Position numbers and translations under genes: made by a program | Assembly: GCA_021810345.1 (NCBI GenBank) | Contig: JAJZIX010000004.1 | Coordinates: forward strand, 1 to 62,658 | Direction of reading: 5' to 3' | Length of the DNA: 62,658 nucleotides | Source: Nanobdellota archaeon | GTDB lineage: Archaea; Nanobdellota; Nanobdellia; Parvarchaeales; Parvarchaeaceae | Notes under the pieces: model-generated | What the model was told of the DNA's origin: nothing | What the model saw: only the letters and a program-made list of their open reading frames with translations | Databases searched by the model: none | Shown: piece after piece, positions 10,402-17,443 of the stretch | Position numbering within the stretch: the first letter of the stretch is position 1 | How the letters are laid out: each line of letters starts with the position of its first letter

Positions 10402-10681
10402 CTTTCTTCTGTTCCTGCGCGGCTTTTATGAGGCTTATCGTGACTTTCTTGTTGTCGTCCTTTGAGCACGACACCCTTATCGTTACCGGTGGTTTCTTCA
10501 TCCCGTTCTTGAATATCTCATTGTTTACGCTTATGTCCATGCTGATTACTCCTGCTTTCATGTGGCGTTTAACGAAGGCGGAGACGAACTTTGAGGCTGC
10601 TGCGGCTTTCTTGTAGCTAGGCACCGCCTCGATCGCCTTCCTCATATTTATCGTCATTATCCTTTGCTCTGCCATGCTCAT
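10388..10681 (-). CDS. rpl31e: 50S ribosomal protein L31e
   Basis: 97 aa. INMRKA...KKAAAASKFVSAFVKRHMK...IRVSCSKDD is typical of L31e. Its start codon overlaps the L39e stop (ATGA). Confidence 0.85.
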   Translation of the reverse strand: MSMAEQRIMTINMRKAIEAVPSYKKAAAASKFVSAFVKRHMKAGVISMDISVNNEIFKNGMKKPPVTIRVSCSKDDNKKVTISLIKAAQEQKKDGNK

Positions 10682-10824
10682 CTGCCAACATTCCTGTTAA
10701 GTCTGGATCTGTCTATCCTCCTTGTGCCGTACTTCCTAAGCTGCGCAAACACTGGAGGCCTGCTCACTTTCCTTGCGTGCTTTATATTTTCTCTTTTCTT
10801 GAAAGCTGATTTTCTGCTTGACAT
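10678..10824 (-). CDS. rpl39e: 50S ribosomal protein L39e (below the ORF-track length cut-off)
   Basis: Hand translation of the minus strand gives MSSRKSAFKKRENIKHARKVSRPPVFAQLRKYGTRRIDRSRLNRNVGR (48 aa), highly basic. It lies between the PDCD5-like gene and L31e, the conserved L39e position. Confidence 0.7.
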   Translation of the reverse strand: MSSRKSAFKKRENIKHARKVSRPPVFAQLRKYGTRRIDRSRLNRNVGR

Positions 10825-10827
10825 ATT

Positions 10828-11106
10828 TTATTTCTCACTGAAATTTATTTTCGTTTCCTTCTTTTCCGGCGAAAACGAGGCCAGAAGCTCCTTTAGCTTA
10901 TCATCATCTATGACGGATTTTAGCCTGTTTGAAAGGGCCGACTGGATTATTACGCTCTCGACCTGCTCCTCTATGTCGGGGTGCGCGTACTTTAGGTTGC
11001 TGAGCCTTTCCCTTGCTTCTTTGGTGAGGAACTTCGACATTATTTCCTGCTTCAGCGCCTCCAGCTTCCTCTTCTCCTCCAATGAATTCTGATCCAATTG
11101 CTGCAT
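10828..11106 (-). CDS. PDCD5/TFAR19-family DNA-binding protein
   Basis: 92 aa. ILSKFLTKEARERLSNLKYAHPD...IIQSA resembles the archaeal PDCD5 homologues (MTH1615 type). Conserved position after rps19e. Confidence 0.75.
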   Translation of the reverse strand: MQQLDQNSLEEKRKLEALKQEIMSKFLTKEARERLSNLKYAHPDIEEQVESVIIQSALSNRLKSVIDDDKLKELLASFSPEKKETKINFSEK

Positions 11107-11107
11107 A

Positions 11108-11536
11108 TCAATTACCCAGTCCTTTGGCGGTCTTGTCCAGCAGTGATACTCCCTTGCCGGTTATGACCCTTCCGTAATGGTTCTCAACCTTGACCTTCTT
11201 TATAAAACCTGCTTTTTCCAGCTGCTGCATGAGCTTCCTTATTATTGCACCGCCTGCCGGCTTAAAATGCCTCCCGCTGTACCTGTTCTTTTCCTTGTCG
11301 CCGTATACAGATCTCAGCCTGTTAACGCCTATCGGATGCTTGTCAATGTACATTCTTCTGAGTATGCTTGCCCCGCGCATGTACCACCAGTCTGGCTGCT
11401 GCGGTACTCTGTCCTTTGAGGAACCAGTCTTAACGAACTGGGACCAGGCCGGCGGCTCCAAGACTTTCTCTTTCTTGAGCTCTCCAGCAAGCGCTTTTGT
11501 TAGCTCTATCTGATCAACATCGTATGCCCTTATCAT
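11108..11536 (-). CDS. rps19e: 30S ribosomal protein S19e
   Basis: 142 aa. PPAWSQFVKTGSSKDRVPQQPDWWYMRGASILRRMY and GRHFKPAGGAIIRKLMQQLEKAG are S19e signatures. Confidence 0.9.
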   Translation of the reverse strand: MIRAYDVDQIELTKALAGELKKEKVLEPPAWSQFVKTGSSKDRVPQQPDWWYMRGASILRRMYIDKHPIGVNRLRSVYGDKEKNRYSGRHFKPAGGAIIRKLMQQLEKAGFIKKVKVENHYGRVITGKGVSLLDKTAKGLGN

Positions 11537-11838
11537 ATTCTCAATTTTCTAACACTACCACAATTTAAGCATTTATACGTTATAAAATTTTTATAAATGC
11601 GCAGAGATGCGGTCTTTCCAGGTATAAGTATTTTAGTACAGTTCCTGCATATTAAAACCTTTTTGTTCTTCGGCAGCCTTAGTTTTTTCGACAGTATTAT
11701 CCTGTAAGCTATGTAGGCGTACCTGTCCGCAAGCTTAGGATCATCTTTATAGACCTCATAGGCCATTTCCAGAAGTTTTTCGACATCCCTGGTGAATTTA
11801 GCCTTGTTTTTAGTGTCAACCATAGACCTAATACGCAA
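11533..11838 (-). CDS. rnp4: RNase P protein component 4 (Rpp21/Rpr2)
   Basis: 101 aa. N-terminal helical LADRYAYIAYRI, then a zinc ribbon CRNC...17 residues...CLNC. Confidence 0.75.
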   Translation of the reverse strand: MRIRSMVDTKNKAKFTRDVEKLLEMAYEVYKDDPKLADRYAYIAYRIILSKKLRLPKNKKVLICRNCTKILIPGKTASLRIYKNFITYKCLNCGSVRKLRI

Positions 11839-11986
11839 ACACCTTATATATCGTTATTTCAGGTTGATTTGTAATAATTACAACAAAAAAGCAGAAGGAA
11901 AAATTTATAAAGAAATGATTTCATTGAGAAGGTGAGATGCAATGCCGCCGCAAGCGCCACTGCAAATAAAAAAATAGGAGGTCGTT

Positions 11987-12115
11987 ATGGCTAAGAAACC
12001 CACGAAGGAAAAGAAGGATGAGGACATCATCGAGGACCAGGAGTTCGAAGACGATGTGGATGACACAGAGTTAGATGATGAGAAGATGGACGACGACACA
12101 GAAGACTCAGAGTAA
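11987..12115 (+). CDS. Small acidic protein candidate (42 aa), unannotated
   Basis: ATG preceded by AGGAGGT (6-nt spacer). Translation: MAKKPTKEKKDEDIIEDQEFEDDVDDTELDDEKMDDDTEDSE. Followed by a long T-run. The track ORF on the opposite strand (11905-12186) is a Ser-rich mirror image. Confidence 0.35.
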   Translation: MAKKPTKEKKDEDIIEDQEFEDDVDDTELDDEKMDDDTEDSE

Positions 12116-12126
12116 ACGATAAAAAC

Positions 12127-12147
12127 TTTTATTTTTTTTGTTTTTTT
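12127..12147 (+). terminator. Oligo-T tract (archaeal-type terminator candidate)
   Basis: TTTTATTTTTTTTGTTTTTTT lies directly after the small acidic ORF stop. Confidence 0.35.
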
Positions 12148-12640
12148 ATACTTTTCTAAGCACAAGAACAAGATTCTCATTTTCAAACTGTTCTGATATT
12201 ACTCCTTCTTTCTTGTCTCTCCTGAGTATCTTAAGGTAAAGCTTCTTTCCATTCAGGGCGCGCACTTCTATCGAGTTCTGCATCTTGCTTACTTTTATGT
12301 CATGCTTGCTCTTTACGCCGGGCAGACTTATCGCATGCACTATTGTATCGCCATGCGTCGAAACCAGGTCTTCTGGCTCGATCACCTCACTGACATCCGA
12401 CATTGCCTTATCGGCTTTCTGCTTGCTATATGGCCGTGAAGCCTCCTGCTCCGGCTGGAACACCCCACCGTTGGCTATCCCGTTCAATATCTGCGGTATG
12501 ACCTTCTGGACAACCTTTGTAAGGTCTATGCTTATGCCGTTCATCTCAGAGTCTGTAAAATGAAGCGGCCTGCCGCAGTTAGGGCAAAAATTCCAGTCTT
12601 TTGATATAATTTCACCGCAGAATTTGCACTTTTGAACCAT
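12146..12640 (-). CDS. Zinc-ribbon protein fused to an HSP20/alpha-crystallin-like domain
   Basis: CKFC...CPNC ribbon at the N-terminus. The C-terminal THGDTIVHAISLPGVKSKHDIKVSKMQNSIEVRA...LVLVLRKV looks like an ACD/p23 beta-sandwich. Start chosen at MVQKCKFC because GGAGG lies 8 nt upstream. The track ORF extends to 12673. Confidence 0.6.
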   Translation of the reverse strand: MVQKCKFCGEIISKDWNFCPNCGRPLHFTDSEMNGISIDLTKVVQKVIPQILNGIANGGVFQPEQEASRPYSKQKADKAMSDVSEVIEPEDLVSTHGDTIVHAISLPGVKSKHDIKVSKMQNSIEVRALNGKKLYLKILRRDKKEGVISEQFENENLVLVLRKV

Positions 12641-12755
12641 AAAACAATCCTCCAATATGATTCTTAGGCTCACAGTGTATTTAAATTTTACTAAACGGGT
12701 TTCAGCGCAAGCAGTTGGGCGAAAGAGTTAAATTCTGTGAAAACCAGTATTTAGT

Positions 12756-12980
12756 ATGATCAAGTCTTTGGTGTTGCTGGGATTGATTCTTCTTGGGGTA
12801 GGGCTTGTGACCCTTCTTGGGTTTTATGTACCGGACCTCACAACATACATCAAACAGATATTCTCATATATACCGCTGAAAGCCTATTATGTCTCCATAA
12901 TAATAACATTGGTGGGTCTGCTGTTCGTTGTTGTTGGCGCAAAGAAATCAAAGATGGGAAAGTATTACAGATATTATTAA
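12756..12980 (+). CDS. Small two-helix membrane protein
   Basis: 74 aa, two hydrophobic helices, basic C-terminus. No recognisable family. Confidence 0.45.
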   Translation: MIKSLVLLGLILLGVGLVTLLGFYVPDLTTYIKQIFSYIPLKAYYVSIIITLVGLLFVVVGAKKSKMGKYYRYY

Positions 12981-13009
12981 AGACGTTTCCGTGCTTTGCC
13001 AAATCCAAA

Positions 13010-13408
13010 TCATCTGTAGCTTGTCTGTTTCAACGCCCTTGCAGCGCTGCGGTATGGCTTCTGCGCTTCTGTCTGCCTCTTATCGTCGACCAGCAATGAC
13101 CTATCGTATTCCAGAAATGCCTTTCTCAGGTTTTTCTCCTTCTTGACGAGGCATTTGGCTATTGCCGCGCGTATGGCCTGCGCTCTTGCTATCTGGCCGC
13201 CACCGTTTATTGAAATATAAATATTGTACTTTTTGTAGACGTCGCCGGAAAGCTTCAGTGGCTCGGATGTCCTAAGAGCGAACATCGTGTCCTTTTTGAA
13301 CGACTCGAGCTTTCTGTGGTTTACGTAAACCTCTCCTGTGCCGTCCTTTATTACCGCATTCGCGATCGCGGTTTTCCTCTTCGATACTATGATTGTGCTC
13401 TTTTTCAT
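13010..13408 (-). CDS. rps9: 30S ribosomal protein S9
   Basis: 132 aa. GGGQIARAQAIRAAIAKCL and the C-terminal ...KQTSYR are S9 hallmarks. 4-nt overlap with rpl13. Confidence 0.92.
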   Translation of the reverse strand: MKKSTIIVSKRKTAIANAVIKDGTGEVYVNHRKLESFKKDTMFALRTSEPLKLSGDVYKKYNIYISINGGGQIARAQAIRAAIAKCLVKKEKNLRKAFLEYDRSLLVDDKRQTEAQKPYRSAARALKQTSYR

Positions 13409-13818
13409 GCTTGCCTGTGCTTTAATAGCTGTGACAATTCAGCTATTTTAACTTTGTGCAGGGGGATGTCCATCCTGTATTTGCCGGCGCTGGCCTTCTC
13501 CTTGTCCTTGAACTCCTCTGGTAAACCTTCGAAAACCTTGACCCTCCTGAATGCCTCTCTTCCGCTCGGGATTTGCCGCTTAAGCATTCCCCTGACTGCC
13601 CTTCTAACTATGCCTGTTACTGTTCTTGGGAAAAATGGCCCCTTCGACATCGTGCCTACTTCCCTTCTCTCCAAGTACTTGCCAAGGATGGCGCGCTTGT
13701 CGCCAATTATCACTATGTCATCTGCATTGACGATCACAACCTGCTCGCCCTTTACGGCCGATTTTGCGGCCATGGATGCAACGCGACCCAAAGCAGAATC
13801 CTTACCATCGATTATCAT
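13405..13818 (-). CDS. rpl13: 50S ribosomal protein L13
   Basis: 137 aa. IIDGKDSALGRVASMAAK...VVIVNADDIVI... and the conserved L13-S9 pairing. Confidence 0.92.
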   Translation of the reverse strand: MIIDGKDSALGRVASMAAKSAVKGEQVVIVNADDIVIIGDKRAILGKYLERREVGTMSKGPFFPRTVTGIVRRAVRGMLKRQIPSGREAFRRVKVFEGLPEEFKDKEKASAGKYRMDIPLHKVKIAELSQLLKHRQA

Positions 13819-13847
13819 ATTATTGTTTTTAGAGCATTCAAAGCAAT

Positions 13848-14297
13848 TTAAGCTTTTCTTTTCTGATCCAGAAGCAGGCTGAAGAAGAACAACACGGCAA
13901 ATACGGCTATGACCCCAAATTCAGCGTACACATTGTATACACTGTAGTACTGGCTCAGGCTGTACAGCTGGGCCGTGCTAACCAACAGGTTCGCCTCATC
14001 TACTATAAGCCCGACGCCGAAACCGAAAAAGAACGATAAAAAGCTCCTTAACTTGACGCTTCTTGCGGCTTTGTCGTAGAACAGGAACATTATTGCGCTA
14101 ACAGCCATTACCAGGAGTATCCCAATAAAAAAATGGTGTATCAAGATTCCGCCATAGCGCACATTCAAATCTCCTCCCAGAAACACATAGAGCCTCGCTA
14201 TAGCTATGCCAACAAGTATACCGGCAAGTATGTATAGGAAAGGACTGGAGACCATTCTTCTCTTGAGCACTTCGTAGCCTGTTACCTGCTTTTGCAT
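13848..14297 (-). CDS. Polytopic membrane protein, unknown function
   Basis: 149 aa, about 4 hydrophobic helices. Confidence 0.55.
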   Translation of the reverse strand: MQKQVTGYEVLKRRMVSSPFLYILAGILVGIAIARLYVFLGGDLNVRYGGILIHHFFIGILLVMAVSAIMFLFYDKAARSVKLRSFLSFFFGFGVGLIVDEANLLVSTAQLYSLSQYYSVYNVYAEFGVIAVFAVLFFFSLLLDQKRKA

Positions 14298-14353
14298 AAT
14301 GATATTTAACCTATGAGATTCTTAATACTCACTATAGCTATATATATTTAGAT

Positions 14354-14425
14354 GGGCCGGTAGTCCAACGGCACGACGCCACGTTCGCATCGTGGAGACT
14401 TCGGGTTCAAATCCCGACCGGTCCA
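14354..14425 (+). tRNA. tRNA-Ala (anticodon CGC)
   Basis: Cloverleaf folded by hand. Acceptor GGGCCGG/CCGGTCC with G3:U70. Anticodon stem CCACG/CGTGG with loop TTCGCAT. T-arm TCGGG-TTCAAAT-CCCGA. Discriminator A. No encoded CCA. Confidence 0.9.
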
Positions 14426-14467
14426 TATTTTAGCATAAAAACGCCGCTTGAGCTCTCAGCTCTGGGT

Positions 14468-14827
14468 TCAAAAGAAATCCTTCATGCTGTTCAGGTTCTC
14501 CGCCCAGTCCTTCTTGAAGTCGCTGAAACTTGATAGCGCTTCCTTTCCCTTTTCGGTTATTTTGTACTCTTTCTTGGCTTTTTCAGGTAGGTTCTCATCT
14601 GTATCTACCTTCTTGATAAAGCCGCCTCTTTCAAGCTGGGACAACGCGGGGTATACAGCGGCAGTGCTGGGGCGCCATAGCCCCTTTGACCTGTCAAAGA
14701 TCTCCTGCATTATCTCAAAGCCATGCATTGGCCTCTCGCTTAAAAGCTTAAGTATGTAGGGCTTTATGACGCCCTGCGGCATCATATTCACCCTAAAAGG
14801 GCCGCATCTGCAATGCCCATTCATCAT
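14468..14827 (-). CDS. PadR-family transcriptional regulator
   Basis: 119 aa. YILKLLSERPMHGFEIMQEI...PSTAAVYPALSQLERGGFI is the PadR winged-helix signature. It begins 2 nt after the upstream ORF stop. Confidence 0.8.
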   Translation of the reverse strand: MMNGHCRCGPFRVNMMPQGVIKPYILKLLSERPMHGFEIMQEIFDRSKGLWRPSTAAVYPALSQLERGGFIKKVDTDENLPEKAKKEYKITEKGKEALSSFSDFKKDWAENLNSMKDFF

Positions 14828-14829
14828 AC

Positions 14830-15018
14830 TTACTCCTTGCTTTCTGCTGAGCTTATTCTCTCGTTCAAGTGCTTAAGCTCCACTTCAAGCATCTCCTTGT
14901 ATTCTTTTAGGCTATCGACATCCTCGGCTTCGTCGTTGAATCGGCGCATTCCCATGCCCCCATTGCAGCCACAACCGCAGCCTCTGTGCATTCTCCTTCC
15001 CATAAATGTTTCATCCAT
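14830..15018 (-). CDS. Small Cys/Gly-rich plus coiled-coil protein (DUF5320-like), co-transcribed with PadR
   Basis: 62 aa. GRRMHRGCGCGCNGGMGMRR followed by an acidic coiled coil (LKEYKEMLEVELKHLNERI). AGGTGA lies 6 nt upstream of the ATG. Confidence 0.5.
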   Translation of the reverse strand: MDETFMGRRMHRGCGCGCNGGMGMRRFNDEAEDVDSLKEYKEMLEVELKHLNERISSAESKE

Positions 15019-15030
15019 TTATATCACCTC

Positions 15031-15062
15031 TTATATATAATATGATATAAGGTTATATATAA
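15031..15062 (-). promoter_or_regulatory. Two copies of the palindromic decamer TTATATATAA 22 bp apart (TATA box plus possible PadR operator)
   Basis: 15031-15040 and 15053-15062 are identical and self-complementary. They lie directly upstream of the DUF5320-like/PadR operon. Confidence 0.35.
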
Positions 15063-15124
15063 AGCTTTGCATTAGCTGAGTATACCGAACTTATGTTTCC
15101 ATCCGCCAAAATTGGCGCGGAAGA

Positions 15125-15349
15125 TCACTGTTTATCGTAGGTCTTCCAGAGTATAAAGAAAACAAATGACAGCGCGAAAGAAGCCACGGCCAGCAGGTTC
15201 TGCGGTATCGGGACATAAACGGACAAGTTTGTATTGGCAACTGCAGCAGGGTATAGAAGATTCTCTATGCCTATGTACACCCAGATAAAGATCAGGTAGA
15301 TCCAGAGTGCCTCGAAGACGGTAGACAGCTTAAAAACGCGTTTGCTCAT
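15125..15349 (-). CDS. Small membrane protein (74 aa from MSKRVFKL)
   Basis: Two hydrophobic helices. The internal ATG at 15349 forms an ATGA overlap with the upstream ORF stop, implying translational coupling. The track ORF extends to 15382. Confidence 0.5.
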   Translation of the reverse strand: MSKRVFKLSTVFEALWIYLIFIWVYIGIENLLYPAAVANTNLSVYVPIPQNLLAVASFALSFVFFILWKTYDKQ

Positions 15350-16431
15350 ATGTAGACTTTCGTGTTTGTGCGCTTTGCCCATACGAATCTATTGATCAGA
15401 ACAAATGACAGTATAGAAACCGCGATTATGGATATTAAAGATATCGCAAAAAACGTGCCCGTGCCAATACCCTTAGAGTATCTTGACAATACCCCGAGTA
15501 AAAGTATCTCCAAGACCACCGGCACCATCAGGAAGGCATTGAATTTTCCGAACTTGTAGGCCGAGTTTAGAAAACCTCTATTTTTAAAGTTTATTTTCTC
15601 GTTTACGATAAAATTTGAGAGCCCGGCCAGCTCGCTGCTGAAAAACACCGCAAGTGGGTATATCATACCCAGGCTCAATCCAACGTACAGCATCACTACG
15701 TTTGCTATGTAGGTAAGCAGGCTTATGCCGCCGTAGAAAACAGAGTTCTGCTTTGTATTTCTCATTATAACCGCAGCCAGCTCGCTGGTTGTAAGCCGCC
15801 TGGACTTGTTCTTAACCGTGTTCTTCTTTATGATTTCGGTTGTCCTGATCCCATGCGAATTCAGGAGGTTTATCGATTCCGTCAGGAAACTCCTTCTACT
15901 CAGTTCATATCCAGCAAGCACTTCAACGGCCTCGGGGGTGAATATGCGATTCATTGAAAACACATTGTATGAGTTACCGAAAGACACGAGGTTTACTACC
16001 TCCGAGACAAGCATCTCCTTGAAATTCCTTTTTGTTGATTCAATTACATTGCCCATGCCAAGGTAAGGCAGAAACCATGTTGCATTTCTGGTGGATAGAT
16101 TCTCAAATGTGATGATTTTTTCGACGTCCAGCGTAAGCGCGGCTGAAAACCCCTGCTTCAGGAAATCCTCAGGCTTCGCGGCAGGCGATATTTTTATAAA
16201 AGTAAACCTGTTGTTCTTATCATGGCCGGAAAAATCAGATATTATGAATATTTCGCCTTCAAAATTTGCTCTTTGCTTTTCTAAAAATGCATTCCGGTTC
16301 TGCTCACTAAGCAGACCCAATCCTGGTAACAGCAAGGCTAATCTCGGACTCGCCATTAGTAGACTAGGTTTCACTGCCTTTTTAACCTTATTAGTTAGCT
16401 TTTCAAGGTAACTGCTCCGCAAAGGGAGCAA
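15346..16431 (-). CDS. Membrane protein: soluble N-terminal domain of about 220 aa plus 4-5 C-terminal TM helices, unknown family
   Basis: 361 aa, no motif recognised. Immediately downstream of the A24 peptidase on the same strand. Confidence 0.6.
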   Translation of the reverse strand: MLPLRSSYLEKLTNKVKKAVKPSLLMASPRLALLLPGLGLLSEQNRNAFLEKQRANFEGEIFIISDFSGHDKNNRFTFIKISPAAKPEDFLKQGFSAALTLDVEKIITFENLSTRNATWFLPYLGMGNVIESTKRNFKEMLVSEVVNLVSFGNSYNVFSMNRIFTPEAVEVLAGYELSRRSFLTESINLLNSHGIRTTEIIKKNTVKNKSRRLTTSELAAVIMRNTKQNSVFYGGISLLTYIANVVMLYVGLSLGMIYPLAVFFSSELAGLSNFIVNEKINFKNRGFLNSAYKFGKFNAFLMVPVVLEILLLGVLSRYSKGIGTGTFFAISLISIIAVSILSFVLINRFVWAKRTNTKVYI

Positions 16432-16497
16432 GAAAAAGGTTAAATATAAATACTACCTATATATAATTGTAATTTGTTATTACTGAGTGAGTTATAC

Positions 16498-16593
16498 ATG
16501 AAAAGAAAAGAGTTTACGCTGAAAGATAAGGATATTGTTGACGATCCGGATGAGGATTACGAAATAGAAAAAGACGAAGAACTCTTTGACTAA
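16498..16593 (+). CDS. Small acidic protein candidate (31 aa), unannotated
   Basis: Hand translation gives MKRKEFTLKDKDIVDDPDEDYEIEKDEELFD. Shares the motif K-D-x-D-I-[IV]-[DE]-D with the 11987 ORF. Confidence 0.25.
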   Translation: MKRKEFTLKDKDIVDDPDEDYEIEKDEELFD

Positions 16594-16603
16594 GCCGCAA
16601 AAT

Positions 16604-17443
16604 TCAAGGATGAATGCTTGATACTATTATTGTGAACAGTGGGTTACCAAAGATTATTGTTATCAAAGCCCCTATAAAAACACCAGGTATAAAAGGAAGG
16701 CCAACTTTCACGATAACGTACTTCACTCCTTCTTTCTTCAGCTTTTCTATGTCCTCCTTGAGCAGGCCAATCTTCCTTTGCTTCAATATTATGGTGCCAT
16801 CCTCGACTACGTCCCCTGCAAGCCAGTCCCCTTCAACGAGCTTGTCGACTTCAACCCTGAAAAACATAAGATTATCGGCAACCAGATAGATGTAGCGCAT
16901 CGAAACTAGCAGAAAGGCGATCAGCGATATCAAAACATCGAATGGAAAAGGAAGAAAGAAAAGCGCATATAGTATCGCTGCGACACCCAATGAGATGAGA
17001 GCAACGTCGTACTTCCTGAGCAGCTTGGACATCTTCTTAGGATGGATAGCGCCGATGAACAGCGTGCCCAGCAACCCGTATACTCCCCCAAATATCAGGA
17101 TGTTTATGAAAAGTGATATAAAGGATGTCCTTGATGTGGGCGAGATAGCTGTGAAAACAACCGCTAGGCCAAGCATCAACTTCACGTCCCCGCCGCCCCA
17201 CTGCCCCATGTAGTACATCGCGTAGGCAAACCCGAAAAGCAGGCCTATAGACAGCGGCATGTATACTAGATTTCCTATTGAATACGATGCTATAGAATAA
17301 AATAACGACAGCATTAGCCCCCCTATTATAAGGATATAGCTTATAAAGTCGGGTACTTCCCTCTTCCTTGCATCAAAAACCGAGGCCGCTCCAAGTATCA
17401 ACAGCACAAAAACAAATATAAGCAGACTAATTTCATATATCAT
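16604..17443 (-). CDS. A24-family prepilin/preflagellin peptidase (PibD/FlaK/EppA type)
   Basis: 279 aa polytopic. Both catalytic-Asp motifs are present (RKREVPDF and GGGDVKLM). A soluble insert (VDKLVEGDWLAGDVVEDG...KKEGVKYVIVKVGLPF) precedes the last helix, comparable to the inserted soluble domain described for FlaK. Confidence 0.85.
   Translation of the reverse strand: MIYEISLLIFVFVLLILGAASVFDARKREVPDFISYILIIGGLMLSLFYSIASYSIGNLVYMPLSIGLLFGFAYAMYYMGQWGGGDVKLMLGLAVVFTAISPTSRTSFISLFINILIFGGVYGLLGTLFIGAIHPKKMSKLLRKYDVALISLGVAAILYALFFLPFPFDVLISLIAFLLVSMRYIYLVADNLMFFRVEVDKLVEGDWLAGDVVEDGTIILKQRKIGLLKEDIEKLKKEGVKYVIVKVGLPFIPGVFIGALITIIFGNPLFTIIVSSIHP

Noticed and set aside
11905-12186. 93-aa Ser-rich minus-strand ORF
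   Set aside because: It is a mirror translation of the acidic GA-rich plus-strand ORF, overlaps the 3' end of the neighbouring gene, and has no SD. The plus-strand reading has both an SD and a terminator.
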